Assembly: GCA_964624145.1 (NCBI GenBank)
Contig: CAZUXT010000002.1
Span: 150,020-214,019 of the forward strand
Length of the DNA: 64,000 nt
Reading direction: 5' to 3'
Origin: an uncultured Eubacteriales bacterium
GTDB taxonomy: Bacteria > Acidobacteriota > Aminicenantia > Aminicenantales > Aminicenantaceae
Both the position numbers and the translations under genes were made by a program. How positions within the stretch are numbered: the stretch's first letter is position 1; each line of letters begins with the position of its first letter. Under the pieces are notes generated by a model, which saw nothing but the letters and a program-made list of their open reading frames with translations, did not search any database and was not told the origin of the DNA. This document shows positions 56,357-64,000 of the stretch, in pieces.

Positions 56357-58030
56357 ATGAACAAAGACCACACGTTAGAAAGCAGGCCTTCCCTGATTCC
56401 CATTGAGCAGATCGCAGCCAAGATCGGGATAGGCAAAGATGAACTGGAGTACTATGGAAAGTACAAGGCGAAAATAAACAGAGAAGACAATTATAATCCC
56501 GAAGGAAGGAGGGGAAAGCTGGTCATGGTGACCGCTATGACTCCAACTCCCTCCGGAGAAGGGAAAACCCTTACCACTATTGGCCTTGCGGACACACTGA
56601 ACAGCATGAAGAAAAAAACGACCGCAGCCCTCCGGGAACCTTCCTTAGGGCCGGTGTTCGGTCTCAAAGGAGGCGCCACCGGAGGCGGGAAAGCCCGGGT
56701 CGAACCTTCGGATGAAATCAATCTTCATTTCACTGCTGACCTTCACGCCGTCACATCTGCTCATAATCTTCTTGCAGCCATGGTGGACAACCGACTGCAT
56801 TTTGACGGGCCTGGAGGCCTACTGGACTGCAGGCGTGTGACCTGGAAACGTGTCTTGGACGTGGATGACCGGGTTCTCAGAGAAGTAATAGTGGGGATCG
56901 GCGGTCCTCTCAGAGGCATCGCCAGGGAAACAGGGATGGATATAACCGCCGCTTCTGAAGTCATGGCTATTCTTTGTCTTTCCAAAAACATAAAGGATTT
57001 GAAAGAAAGGCTGGGTAATATCACGATTGGTTATTCTTCTGAGAGAAAACCTGTTTTTGCCCGCCAGATCAACGCACAGGGTTCTATGGCCGCTCTTCTC
57101 AAAGATGCCATGAAACCCAATATTGTCCAGACCCTTGAAGGGACGCCTGCTTTGGTTCACGGAGGTCCTTTTGCCAATATTGCCCATGGGACCAACACGG
57201 TAATAGCCACCCGGATGGCGCTTCAGCTTTCTGACTACGTGGTCACAGAAACGGGATTCGGTTCAGACCTGGGTGCGGAGAAATTTTTCAATATCGTAGT
57301 AAGAACGGGTCATATTCCTCCGCCGGATGCCGTGGTTCTGGTCGCAACCGTGAGAGCGCTGAAACATCATGCGGGAATCGAACGCAAAGACCTTCAGACA
57401 GAAAATCTGGGTGCCATTGAAAAAGGATTTGAAAATTTACAGAAGCATATTGAGAATATGAAAGGTTTCGGCATTCCTCTGGTGGTGGCTGTGAATCGGT
57501 TCACTTCGGATACGGATGCGGAGATAGAAAGAGTAAAATACCTCTGCCAGGGAGAAAACACTAGAGCGGCGGAAAGCCGGCTTTGGGCTGAAGGAAGCGA
57601 GGGGGGAAAAGAATTGGGAGAACAGGTCATGGAGGCAGCGGATAAGGACAAACCGGACTTTAAACACACCTATGAATCAAATATATCGTTTGTAGAAAAA
57701 ATCGAAAAAGTGGCCAGAAACATCTACGGGGCCAAGTCAGTGGCCATGGAAGGAAAAATACGAAGGAAGATCCAGCGTATTGAAGAAGAGGGCTTCAAGG
57801 AACTTCCCATATGCATTGCCAAAACCCAGGCATCCCTGTCAGATGACAAAGAGCTTCTGGGGAGGCCTGAAGATTTCATTCTGATAGTGACCGATGTTTC
57901 GGTCAGTTCCGGAGCCGGATTTGTTGTGGTGTACTGCGGGGATATCATGACCATGCCAGGGCTTCCCAAGACGCCGGCTGCGGAACGCATTGACATCACT
58001 GATGATGGAGAAATAACCGGCCTTAAATAA
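56357..58030 (+). CDS. fhs: Formate--tetrahydrofolate ligase
   Basis: 557 aa with TPTPSGEGKTLTTIGL and EPSLGPVFGLKGGATGGG motifs. AAAGGAGG RBS. Confidence 0.95.
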   Translation: MNKDHTLESRPSLIPIEQIAAKIGIGKDELEYYGKYKAKINREDNYNPEGRRGKLVMVTAMTPTPSGEGKTLTTIGLADTLNSMKKKTTAALREPSLGPVFGLKGGATGGGKARVEPSDEINLHFTADLHAVTSAHNLLAAMVDNRLHFDGPGGLLDCRRVTWKRVLDVDDRVLREVIVGIGGPLRGIARETGMDITAASEVMAILCLSKNIKDLKERLGNITIGYSSERKPVFARQINAQGSMAALLKDAMKPNIVQTLEGTPALVHGGPFANIAHGTNTVIATRMALQLSDYVVTETGFGSDLGAEKFFNIVVRTGHIPPPDAVVLVATVRALKHHAGIERKDLQTENLGAIEKGFENLQKHIENMKGFGIPLVVAVNRFTSDTDAEIERVKYLCQGENTRAAESRLWAEGSEGGKELGEQVMEAADKDKPDFKHTYESNISFVEKIEKVARNIYGAKSVAMEGKIRRKIQRIEEEGFKELPICIAKTQASLSDDKELLGRPEDFILIVTDVSVSSGAGFVVVYCGDIMTMPGLPKTPAAERIDITDDGEITGLK

Positions 58031-58043
58031 TAATCAACCTTGA

Positions 58044-58862
58044 TTATAAATAGCTGTGCAATCCGGCTAAAAGGTAATTCACTCCAAAATAAGTAAATAG
58101 AGCAGCCACAAATCCAATCACAGCTATAATGGCAGATCGCTTTCCCTTCCAGCCCATGACCAGCCGGGTGTGGAGATAGAGAGCGAACACAAACCATGTG
58201 ATAAGGCTCCAGACTTCCTTTGGGTCCCATCCCCAGTACCTTCCCCAGGCCTTATAAGCCCAGATCATTCCGAAGACCAGCCCTCCCAGAGTGAAGAGAG
58301 GGAATCCCACGGCAATACATTTGTAGGATAAAAAGTCCAGCCTTTCAGGAGTGAGGTCTTTTTTTTGCTTGAACCGGGCTGATTTTTTGGATTCTGTTAT
58401 GAGATACAGGATACTGGTCACAAAGGCCATGGCGAAAAAAGCTTCTCCCAGAAGAGTGACAGAAACATGCAGCCACAGCCAGTAGCTCTGCAGGGCGGGC
58501 ATAAGAGGTCTGGCCTCTTTGGGCATCAGGGGGGATGATGCAAGGGCCATGAGCACGATGATGATCAGTATGAAATAGGGTCCTGCTTTTCTTATCTTGT
58601 ATTTCCCTTCCATTGATACATAGACAAAAGCCCCGCACCAGGCAAGAAAGGAGAGGGATTCATACATATTGGTAAACGGAGCATGGCCGCTTTCCACTGT
58701 TCTTGCTATGAGGGCGGCGGTGTGTATGATAAATCCTGCAAAGATGATTTGATAACCTGTCCGGGCCCACTTTTCTTTTTCCGAGAACAGATAAACAAAG
58801 AGAAAGGCGGCTGAAACCGAATACAAGATAAAGGAAATCAAAAAGAGAGCGCTCTCCGTCAT
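58044..58862 (-). CDS. ccsA: Cytochrome c biogenesis protein CcsA/ResC (system II heme handling)
   Basis: 272 aa and polytopic, with the Trp-rich WWD-like motif WGRYWGWDPKEVWSL. Confidence 0.85.
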   Translation of the reverse strand: MTESALFLISFILYSVSAAFLFVYLFSEKEKWARTGYQIIFAGFIIHTAALIARTVESGHAPFTNMYESLSFLAWCGAFVYVSMEGKYKIRKAGPYFILIIIVLMALASSPLMPKEARPLMPALQSYWLWLHVSVTLLGEAFFAMAFVTSILYLITESKKSARFKQKKDLTPERLDFLSYKCIAVGFPLFTLGGLVFGMIWAYKAWGRYWGWDPKEVWSLITWFVFALYLHTRLVMGWKGKRSAIIAVIGFVAALFTYFGVNYLLAGLHSYL

Positions 58863-60202
58863 CCTGATCTCCTGAACGATTGGAGTATGCTATCAAATTC
58901 CCCTTTAAACGAATCCTTTGCCTTTTTTGCCGTTCCTCCTGCAGAGACCCTGGTGTGCTGGTCTTCTTGCTGTATCAGAAATCTCAGTTGCCTGGGAATA
59001 AAGTAAAAAGCCAGAAAAAGGCCGCTCATCACAAAGAAACACCCTGCCCAGATGAAAGGCACCCCCGGGTCTCTGGCTATTTGTATGACCGAATAGGGCT
59101 CTGCTTTAAAATCCTTGAATTCTAAGGACAGAACCGAATCCCTTTGGGGACTCCTGGTGTTAAACTCAGGGTATTTCAGGAACAGCCATCCGGAGAACAC
59201 AATCTCTCTTTTTTCCGAGATTCTCACATACACAGCCGGATTATTTGGCTCAAGAGAGCGTGTGGTCACCTTGTTTTCTTTAGTGAGAACAAAATCCGGG
59301 ACAAAATACACAGGTTCTATCTCAATTTCTTTTTCTTTGATGGATTTTTTCTCGCCCACTCTGGTTCTGATGGATTGGGAAAAAGCATTTTCTGTTTTTC
59401 TTTCCAGTGCAAGTTCGACTTCGGGATTTCTCCAGTTCCATCCATAGCCGCTCTGATAAAAAACAAAGCCTTTAAAGGAAAGGGGGTGATTGACTTCAAT
59501 GGTTTTTGTCAGAATGTTCTTGTTGTTTTTGATGATGGAGAGAGTGCTCTTCCAGTCTTTGACACTTCCATCCTTGTAATAAAGGGTTTCGAATCGATTG
59601 AGTTTTAACGAAAAGTCAGCCCCGGGAACGGATTTTGTTTCTTCCGCAGCAAGCGCTACATTTTCTCTGAAACCAGCGGCCCCGCTTATAAAGCCTCCTA
59701 AAATCACGATCAAAATTCCCAAATGAACGATATCGGATCCGAAAAGCCCCAAAAATCTTTTGCGGCCGAGGAGAAAGAGACGTCCCTGGGTTGATTGCCC
59801 TTGAACCTTATAGCCTTTTGAGCTCAGAATTTCCTTAAGCCTTTTTTCTGCCTGGGGAACAGATTGGGGGCATGTAAATGATTTTTTTAGGCTCAGCGTC
59901 TCCAGTTTCTTTTCTTCGGTCATTATTTGAGGTTTGAATGCCTGCGTGATTTTTTTCTTGATGCGGGTGAGGGAGCAGACAATGATATTTATAGAGAACA
60001 GAACCAACAAAAAAAGATACAAGGGGGATTGGTAGAGACGCGTTATCCCCGATTTTATAAGAAAAGGTGCCCAATCCCCGTATTTTTCTGTATAGGCTTC
60101 AACACTTCTTCCTTGGGGTATAAGGGTACCCAGGGTGGTGGCGAGAGTGATAACGATGAGCAGGAATATGGAGATTTTTATTGATGAAAAGAACTTTATC
60201 AC
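58859..60202 (-). CDS. resB: Cytochrome c biogenesis protein ResB/Ccs1
   Basis: 447 aa. N-terminal TMs, a large soluble loop and a C-terminal TM. Immediately upstream of ccsA with a 4-nt overlap. Confidence 0.8.
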   Translation of the reverse strand: MIKFFSSIKISIFLLIVITLATTLGTLIPQGRSVEAYTEKYGDWAPFLIKSGITRLYQSPLYLFLLVLFSINIIVCSLTRIKKKITQAFKPQIMTEEKKLETLSLKKSFTCPQSVPQAEKRLKEILSSKGYKVQGQSTQGRLFLLGRKRFLGLFGSDIVHLGILIVILGGFISGAAGFRENVALAAEETKSVPGADFSLKLNRFETLYYKDGSVKDWKSTLSIIKNNKNILTKTIEVNHPLSFKGFVFYQSGYGWNWRNPEVELALERKTENAFSQSIRTRVGEKKSIKEKEIEIEPVYFVPDFVLTKENKVTTRSLEPNNPAVYVRISEKREIVFSGWLFLKYPEFNTRSPQRDSVLSLEFKDFKAEPYSVIQIARDPGVPFIWAGCFFVMSGLFLAFYFIPRQLRFLIQQEDQHTRVSAGGTAKKAKDSFKGEFDSILQSFRRSG

Positions 60203-60217
60203 TGATTTGGAGGCTCT

Positions 60218-60409
60218 TTATCCTCTATTCCACCGCTCCAGCATTGGGATGACAACGCTGAATATAACAGCAAATAAAAGCGATGTCTCCCAGTCTATCT
60301 GAGCCTCACCATGCGCTATAAGGCTCCACAGCAGTGTGACCACTCCGGCTACAACGAATGTTATGACAAAAGTGACAAAAAAATTTAAAAACCAGCCTCT
60401 CTTTTTCAC
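60218..60409 (-). CDS. Small two-TM membrane protein, unknown function
   Basis: GTG at 60409 preceded by GGAGGAGG, giving VKKRGWFLNFFVTFVITFVVAGVVTLLWSLI...SLLFAVIFSVVIPML (63 aa). The track start at 60436 runs through the RBS. Confidence 0.45.
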   Translation of the reverse strand: MKKRGWFLNFFVTFVITFVVAGVVTLLWSLIAHGEAQIDWETSLLFAVIFSVVIPMLERWNRG

Positions 60410-60530
60410 TTTTCCTCCTCCTATGCTTGCTCTCAATAAATATCTTTAATATTTTCCTTAATCCCAAATACCATATCAATATCTTTATTATAGCGCAAGA
60501 TAGAAACAGCAGCCATAATCCCAAAAACAA

Positions 60531-61391
60531 TCATTTTTTTGGGCTGGAAGTTTTTTGGAAGGCATACACATCCTGATGATTGTCCCAGCCTCTGTTTTTA
60601 TGGTAGATAAGCTTTACTTTATCTCCAAAAAATTGGTCTACAGTCTCATTAACAAAAACCTGAGAACAGATTGAAATTCCATAATTGGATTGACCCGGGT
60701 ATGGCTTGAAATAAAATCCACTGTTTTCAATTTGATTTTTGATATCATCCGGATTGAGGTCATCCAAACCATAGGAATTCAATTGATTTAAGCATTCTTT
60801 ACCGTGGGCGGTGAAAAGGATGATTCCCTTTTCTTTTAGTGATGAAACCAATGTCATGAGTAGGTCTTTAAAATCCTTAGAATTGATGTGAGTGAACAAA
60901 GAACCGACCCAAACAAGGTCATAGGATATTGGGAATTTCACTTTTTTGAAATTCTTATCTGATTGAACAGGAATGACGTTAAATTCTTTTTTACAGAATT
61001 TTAAAGCATGTTGGTCTATATCGCCACCGTAAACGTCAGCCTGTGGGAATGCTTTTTTGATAAATCTCAGGACTCTTCCGTATCCACAGGGAAAATCCAA
61101 AATGTTTGAGATTTCCTCAAGAGCCATATCCGCTTCATTCATGGCGGACTCGATGAGTTTCGCCGCAGATATACCCACACTTTTGTAATGATCGCTGTTG
61201 TTTTTTATCAGGCTTTGATCATTAAAGTGAATATGGCCTGGAATGCCCGGGTATTTTCTATAACCCATAAAAACCTTTTTGATATAGAATCGAATTGATT
61301 TGGATATTTTGAGCAGGAGCTGGTTCTTATTTAAAAATTTTTTTATTGATTTCTTAGTTATCAATTTATCTCCGGCTTTATTGACTGGCAA
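60531..61391 (-). CDS. Class I SAM-dependent methyltransferase
   Basis: Motif I ILDFPCGYGR and post-I GGDID. Start uncertain: TTG 61391 in the track, or an internal ATG at about 61268 (MGYRKYPG). Confidence 0.7.
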   Translation of the reverse strand: MPVNKAGDKLITKKSIKKFLNKNQLLLKISKSIRFYIKKVFMGYRKYPGIPGHIHFNDQSLIKNNSDHYKSVGISAAKLIESAMNEADMALEEISNILDFPCGYGRVLRFIKKAFPQADVYGGDIDQHALKFCKKEFNVIPVQSDKNFKKVKFPISYDLVWVGSLFTHINSKDFKDLLMTLVSSLKEKGIILFTAHGKECLNQLNSYGLDDLNPDDIKNQIENSGFYFKPYPGQSNYGISICSQVFVNETVDQFFGDKVKLIYHKNRGWDNHQDVYAFQKTSSPKK

Positions 61392-61500
61392 ACAGGTTAT
61401 TTGTGTTTTTGATTATAATTTCTGTGCATATATTTCACAACCTTAAAAATTCTATGATTGTATGGTTGGTGTTTTGGGCTGAGGTGGAAAAATAAATTAT

Positions 61501-62904
61501 TTAGTCTGAACTCATAAGATAATCATGTATAGATTTTGCGGCTCGCTGGCCCGCTCCCATGGCACTGATTACTGTAGCTGAGCCACTGACTATATCCCCT
61601 CCAGCCCAGACTCCTGGTTTTGTTGTTTTTCCTGTTTTTTCGTCAGCAATAATCGTGCCTTTCTTTGTGAATTCAAGATCTTTATCGCTGGCTACAATGA
61701 GAGGATTAGGAGTAGTGCCTAAGGCTACGACTGCAATATCCACATGCATAATAAACTCACTGTCAGAAATTGTAATAGGACGCCGTCGGCCGCTTTTATC
61801 TGGTTCCCCTAATTTCATTTTATGGCATTCCATCCCCTCGAGCCAATACCTCTCATCGCCCAAAAATTTTTTAGGATTGGTTAAAAACCTAAATTTTATA
61901 CCCTCTTCCTTGGCATTTTCTATTTCTTCCTGACGAGCCGGCATCTCTACTTCAGAGCGGCGGTACACAATAGAAACTTCATCTGAACCAAGCCGAAGGG
62001 CAGTCCTGGCAGAATCCATGGCCACATTCCCTCCTCCGATGACAGCTATCCTTTTTCCGACTTTAATAGGTGTATAATAGTCAGGGAATTTATAGGCTTT
62101 CATTAAATTGACCCGGGTTAAAAATTCATTGGCAGAATAAACACCATTGAGATTTTCTCCGGGAATATTCAAGAACATGGGCAGACCAGCTCCCACACCT
62201 ATAAACACAGCCTGGAAGTTATTGTCTAAAAGCTCGTCAATGGTCATTTTTTTGCCCACCACAGAGTCTAATTCAATTTGAACTCCCAAAGATTTCACAT
62301 AGTCAATTTCACTGTTGACAATATTTTTAGGCAGTCTGAAATTTGGGATTCCATAGGTTAAAACCCCTCCAGGAATATGGAGAGCCTCGAATATGGTCAC
62401 TTGATGTCCTAATTTGGCTAAGTCAGCAGATACGGTCAGACCAGCTGGTCCAGCTCCCACCACCGCTACTTGTTTCCCTGTTGGTTTTAGTTTTATAAAT
62501 GATTGACCAGAAGATTTCAAATGCTCTTGTTCCCAATCCGCAACATAGCGTTCCAAACGACCAATGGCGATGGGAGCGCCCTTTTTGGAAAAAACACATT
62601 TTTCTTCGCACTGGACCTCCTGAGGGCAAACTCTCCCACATATACCAGGAAGGCTGTTTTTTTCTTTAAGTATTTTTAAGGCTTCGGGCATATCATCATC
62701 CTTTATAGCCTTAATAAATCCAGGAATGTTTATCTCTACAGGGCATCCTTCAATACAGGTCGGATTTGGACATTGAATGCAGCGGTCTGCTTCATTTTTT
62801 GATTGTTGTGAGTTATAGCCCAGAGCCACTTCATCAAAATTTTTAATCCGAATATTTGGTTTTTGTTTAGGCATTGGGACTCTGTTAAGGTTGATTTTTT
62901 CCAT
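61501..62904 (-). CDS. nfnB: NfnB / GltD-like NADPH-dependent oxidoreductase subunit (two [4Fe-4S] clusters plus FAD)
   Basis: 467 aa with CIQCPNPTCIEGCP and CGRVCPQEVQCEEKC cluster motifs and VAVVGAGPAGL and IAVIGGGNVAMD dinucleotide folds. Confidence 0.85.
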   Translation of the reverse strand: MEKINLNRVPMPKQKPNIRIKNFDEVALGYNSQQSKNEADRCIQCPNPTCIEGCPVEINIPGFIKAIKDDDMPEALKILKEKNSLPGICGRVCPQEVQCEEKCVFSKKGAPIAIGRLERYVADWEQEHLKSSGQSFIKLKPTGKQVAVVGAGPAGLTVSADLAKLGHQVTIFEALHIPGGVLTYGIPNFRLPKNIVNSEIDYVKSLGVQIELDSVVGKKMTIDELLDNNFQAVFIGVGAGLPMFLNIPGENLNGVYSANEFLTRVNLMKAYKFPDYYTPIKVGKRIAVIGGGNVAMDSARTALRLGSDEVSIVYRRSEVEMPARQEEIENAKEEGIKFRFLTNPKKFLGDERYWLEGMECHKMKLGEPDKSGRRRPITISDSEFIMHVDIAVVALGTTPNPLIVASDKDLEFTKKGTIIADEKTGKTTKPGVWAGGDIVSGSATVISAMGAGQRAAKSIHDYLMSSD

Positions 62905-62933
62905 AATGACTCCAATCTAAAATAGCCGCTGCA

Positions 62934-63755
62934 TTAAGAAAAATGCTGTTCAACGGCTATCTTCTCTTCATTTTTATAGATGTTGTTACGTGCGGAAAAT
63001 AATTTCCAATCGACCTGGTGTCCATCAAAATCAGGCCCATCCACACATGCAAATTTGGTTTTACCTCCCACTGAAACTCTACATGATCCACACATGCCAA
63101 TTCCATCGATCATTATCGAGTGAAGACTGACAATAGTTTTAATGCCATATGGGCTTGTAATGTCTGAACAAGCTTTCAGCATAGGACCTGGTCCCATGAC
63201 ATTAATCCGATCGATCGTGTCTCCATTTTCCAACATTTTTTTTAATATCATGGGAGCGGGCCCTTTTTGACCGTAGGATCCGTCCTCTGTGGCTATGATG
63301 AGTCGATCGCTTGCCCCCGCCAGGCGATTCTCCCAAAACACCATCTTTTTATTTTTTTGCCATATAAGAGAAGTGACTTTATTTCCTTTCTGTTTCATGG
63401 CTTTTGCGATAGGTATAATGAAACCGGCAGCAACTCCTGCTGCAAGACAGACGACGTGGCCGAATTTTTCAATCTGAGTGGGCAAGCCCAAGGGGCCCGC
63501 AAGGCTAACAATAGAATCACCTTCGTTCAACAAAGCCAACTTGAGCGTGGTTGCTCCTTTCTCAAAAAAGACAACATCAATGCTTCCTTCATTTTCATCC
63601 CAATCAGCAATATTGAGTGGAATCCGTTCCCCCTCTTCATCTATTTTAAGGACAACAAACTGACCTGGTTGGGACTTTTTCGCCAAAATAGGTTCCTTGA
63701 TTTTTAATAGATTGATTTTAGGGGCTAATTTTTGTTTTGATATTATTTTATACAT
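62934..63755 (-). CDS. nfnA: NfnA / PyrK-like FAD and [2Fe-2S] ferredoxin-NADP reductase subunit
   Basis: 273 aa with an FNR-like fold and C-terminal GIGMCGSCRV...FACVDGPDF. Directly upstream of the GltD-like gene. Confidence 0.85.
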   Translation of the reverse strand: MYKIISKQKLAPKINLLKIKEPILAKKSQPGQFVVLKIDEEGERIPLNIADWDENEGSIDVVFFEKGATTLKLALLNEGDSIVSLAGPLGLPTQIEKFGHVVCLAAGVAAGFIIPIAKAMKQKGNKVTSLIWQKNKKMVFWENRLAGASDRLIIATEDGSYGQKGPAPMILKKMLENGDTIDRINVMGPGPMLKACSDITSPYGIKTIVSLHSIMIDGIGMCGSCRVSVGGKTKFACVDGPDFDGHQVDWKLFSARNNIYKNEEKIAVEQHFS

Positions 63756-63789
63756 TGATCAATCCTATCTCTTTCCTTAAATTTTAAAA

Positions 63790-63999
63790 TCATATTTGAA
63801 TTGAATAAGATTTGCCCTCAATCTCTTTTTCTTTTTCATAAATAAGAATCTGGGAAAAGTCAATTTCAGGAAACTCTGAGGTGAGTTTTTCGTATTCCTG
63901 TTTGCTGATTTCCTCATAAGGGGCTAACTGGTAAACCGTGTTGTCTTTGGGTAAAAATGTAAGGCCACCGATGATATCCCAATTTTCATACAGCCAGTT
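63790..63999 (-). CDS. 3' end of an uncharacterised CDS (5' end outside the window)
   Basis: My own translation of the minus strand is open from the window edge: NWLYENWDIIGGLTFLPKDNTVYQLAPYEEISKQEYEKLTSEFPEIDFSQILIYEKEKEIEGKSYSIQI, ending at a stop at 63790-63792. No recognisable motif. Confidence 0.35.
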   Translation of the reverse strand, partial: NWLYENWDIIGGLTFLPKDNTVYQLAPYEEISKQEYEKLTSEFPEIDFSQILIYEKEKEIEGKSYSIQI

Positions 64000-64000
64000 A

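Noticed and set aside
1-64000. CRISPR arrays, tandem repeats, rRNA or tRNA genes, and defence-system gene sets (restriction-modification, toxin-antitoxin, CBASS, retron and similar).
   Set aside because: I did not see regularly spaced short repeats, any spacer long enough for rRNA or tRNA outside the regions described, or any hallmark defence domains in the translated ORFs. A visual scan of 64 kb cannot exclude short elements hidden inside coding regions.

Overview
Dense chromosomal window (about 60 protein genes) from a diderm, probably anaerobic bacterium. The lineage cannot be named from sequence alone. All calls come from reading the ORF translations and the DNA by eye; no database search was run. 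I saw no rRNA, tRNA or CRISPR array.

Gene content, left to right:
- An ArsR / maturation protease / HdrA / MvhD / MvhG / MvhA operon encoding a group-3c-type [NiFe] hydrogenase.
- A three-gene, visibly AT-richer cassette: GH-D-like lipoprotein, DUF1573-rhodanese, Trx-CcdA fusion.
- Acyl-CoA ligase, POT peptide transporter and a small Cys-rich protein.
- A roughly 16 kb co-directional minus-strand array: rpmH-rnpA-yidD-yidC-jag-mnmE-mnmG-parA-parB-bactofilin-kdsB-pyrG-kdsA-kdsD-kdsC-PMM-uppP-manC.
- carD, smpB, a PPi-type PFK, pdxA, a divergent Hfq-like gene, an S9 peptidase and a CBM9/DUF5916-like protein.
- A TolC-MFP-RND efflux operon.
- A Lol-like five-gene ABC cluster.
- fhs, system II cytochrome c biogenesis (resB/ccsA), and nfnAB.

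Structures the gene list does not explain:
1. A roughly 245-bp element with about 30-nt terminal inverted repeats. It occurs twice in direct orientation and exactly brackets the AT-rich cassette.
2. A perfect 239-bp direct repeat, made by duplicating the 3' end of a DDAH-like gene. It brackets a 1.3 kb insert carrying an MBL-fold gene and a transposase remnant.
3. A LolA-like / two FtsX permeases / ATPase / predicted beta-barrel operon with no membrane-fusion adaptor.

Smaller items: a consensus parS just upstream of parA, a perfect 18-bp palindrome over the hydrogenase operon promoter, and rpmH, which is missing from the ORF track. I found no clear defence or otherwise radically new system; the items above are the best candidates.
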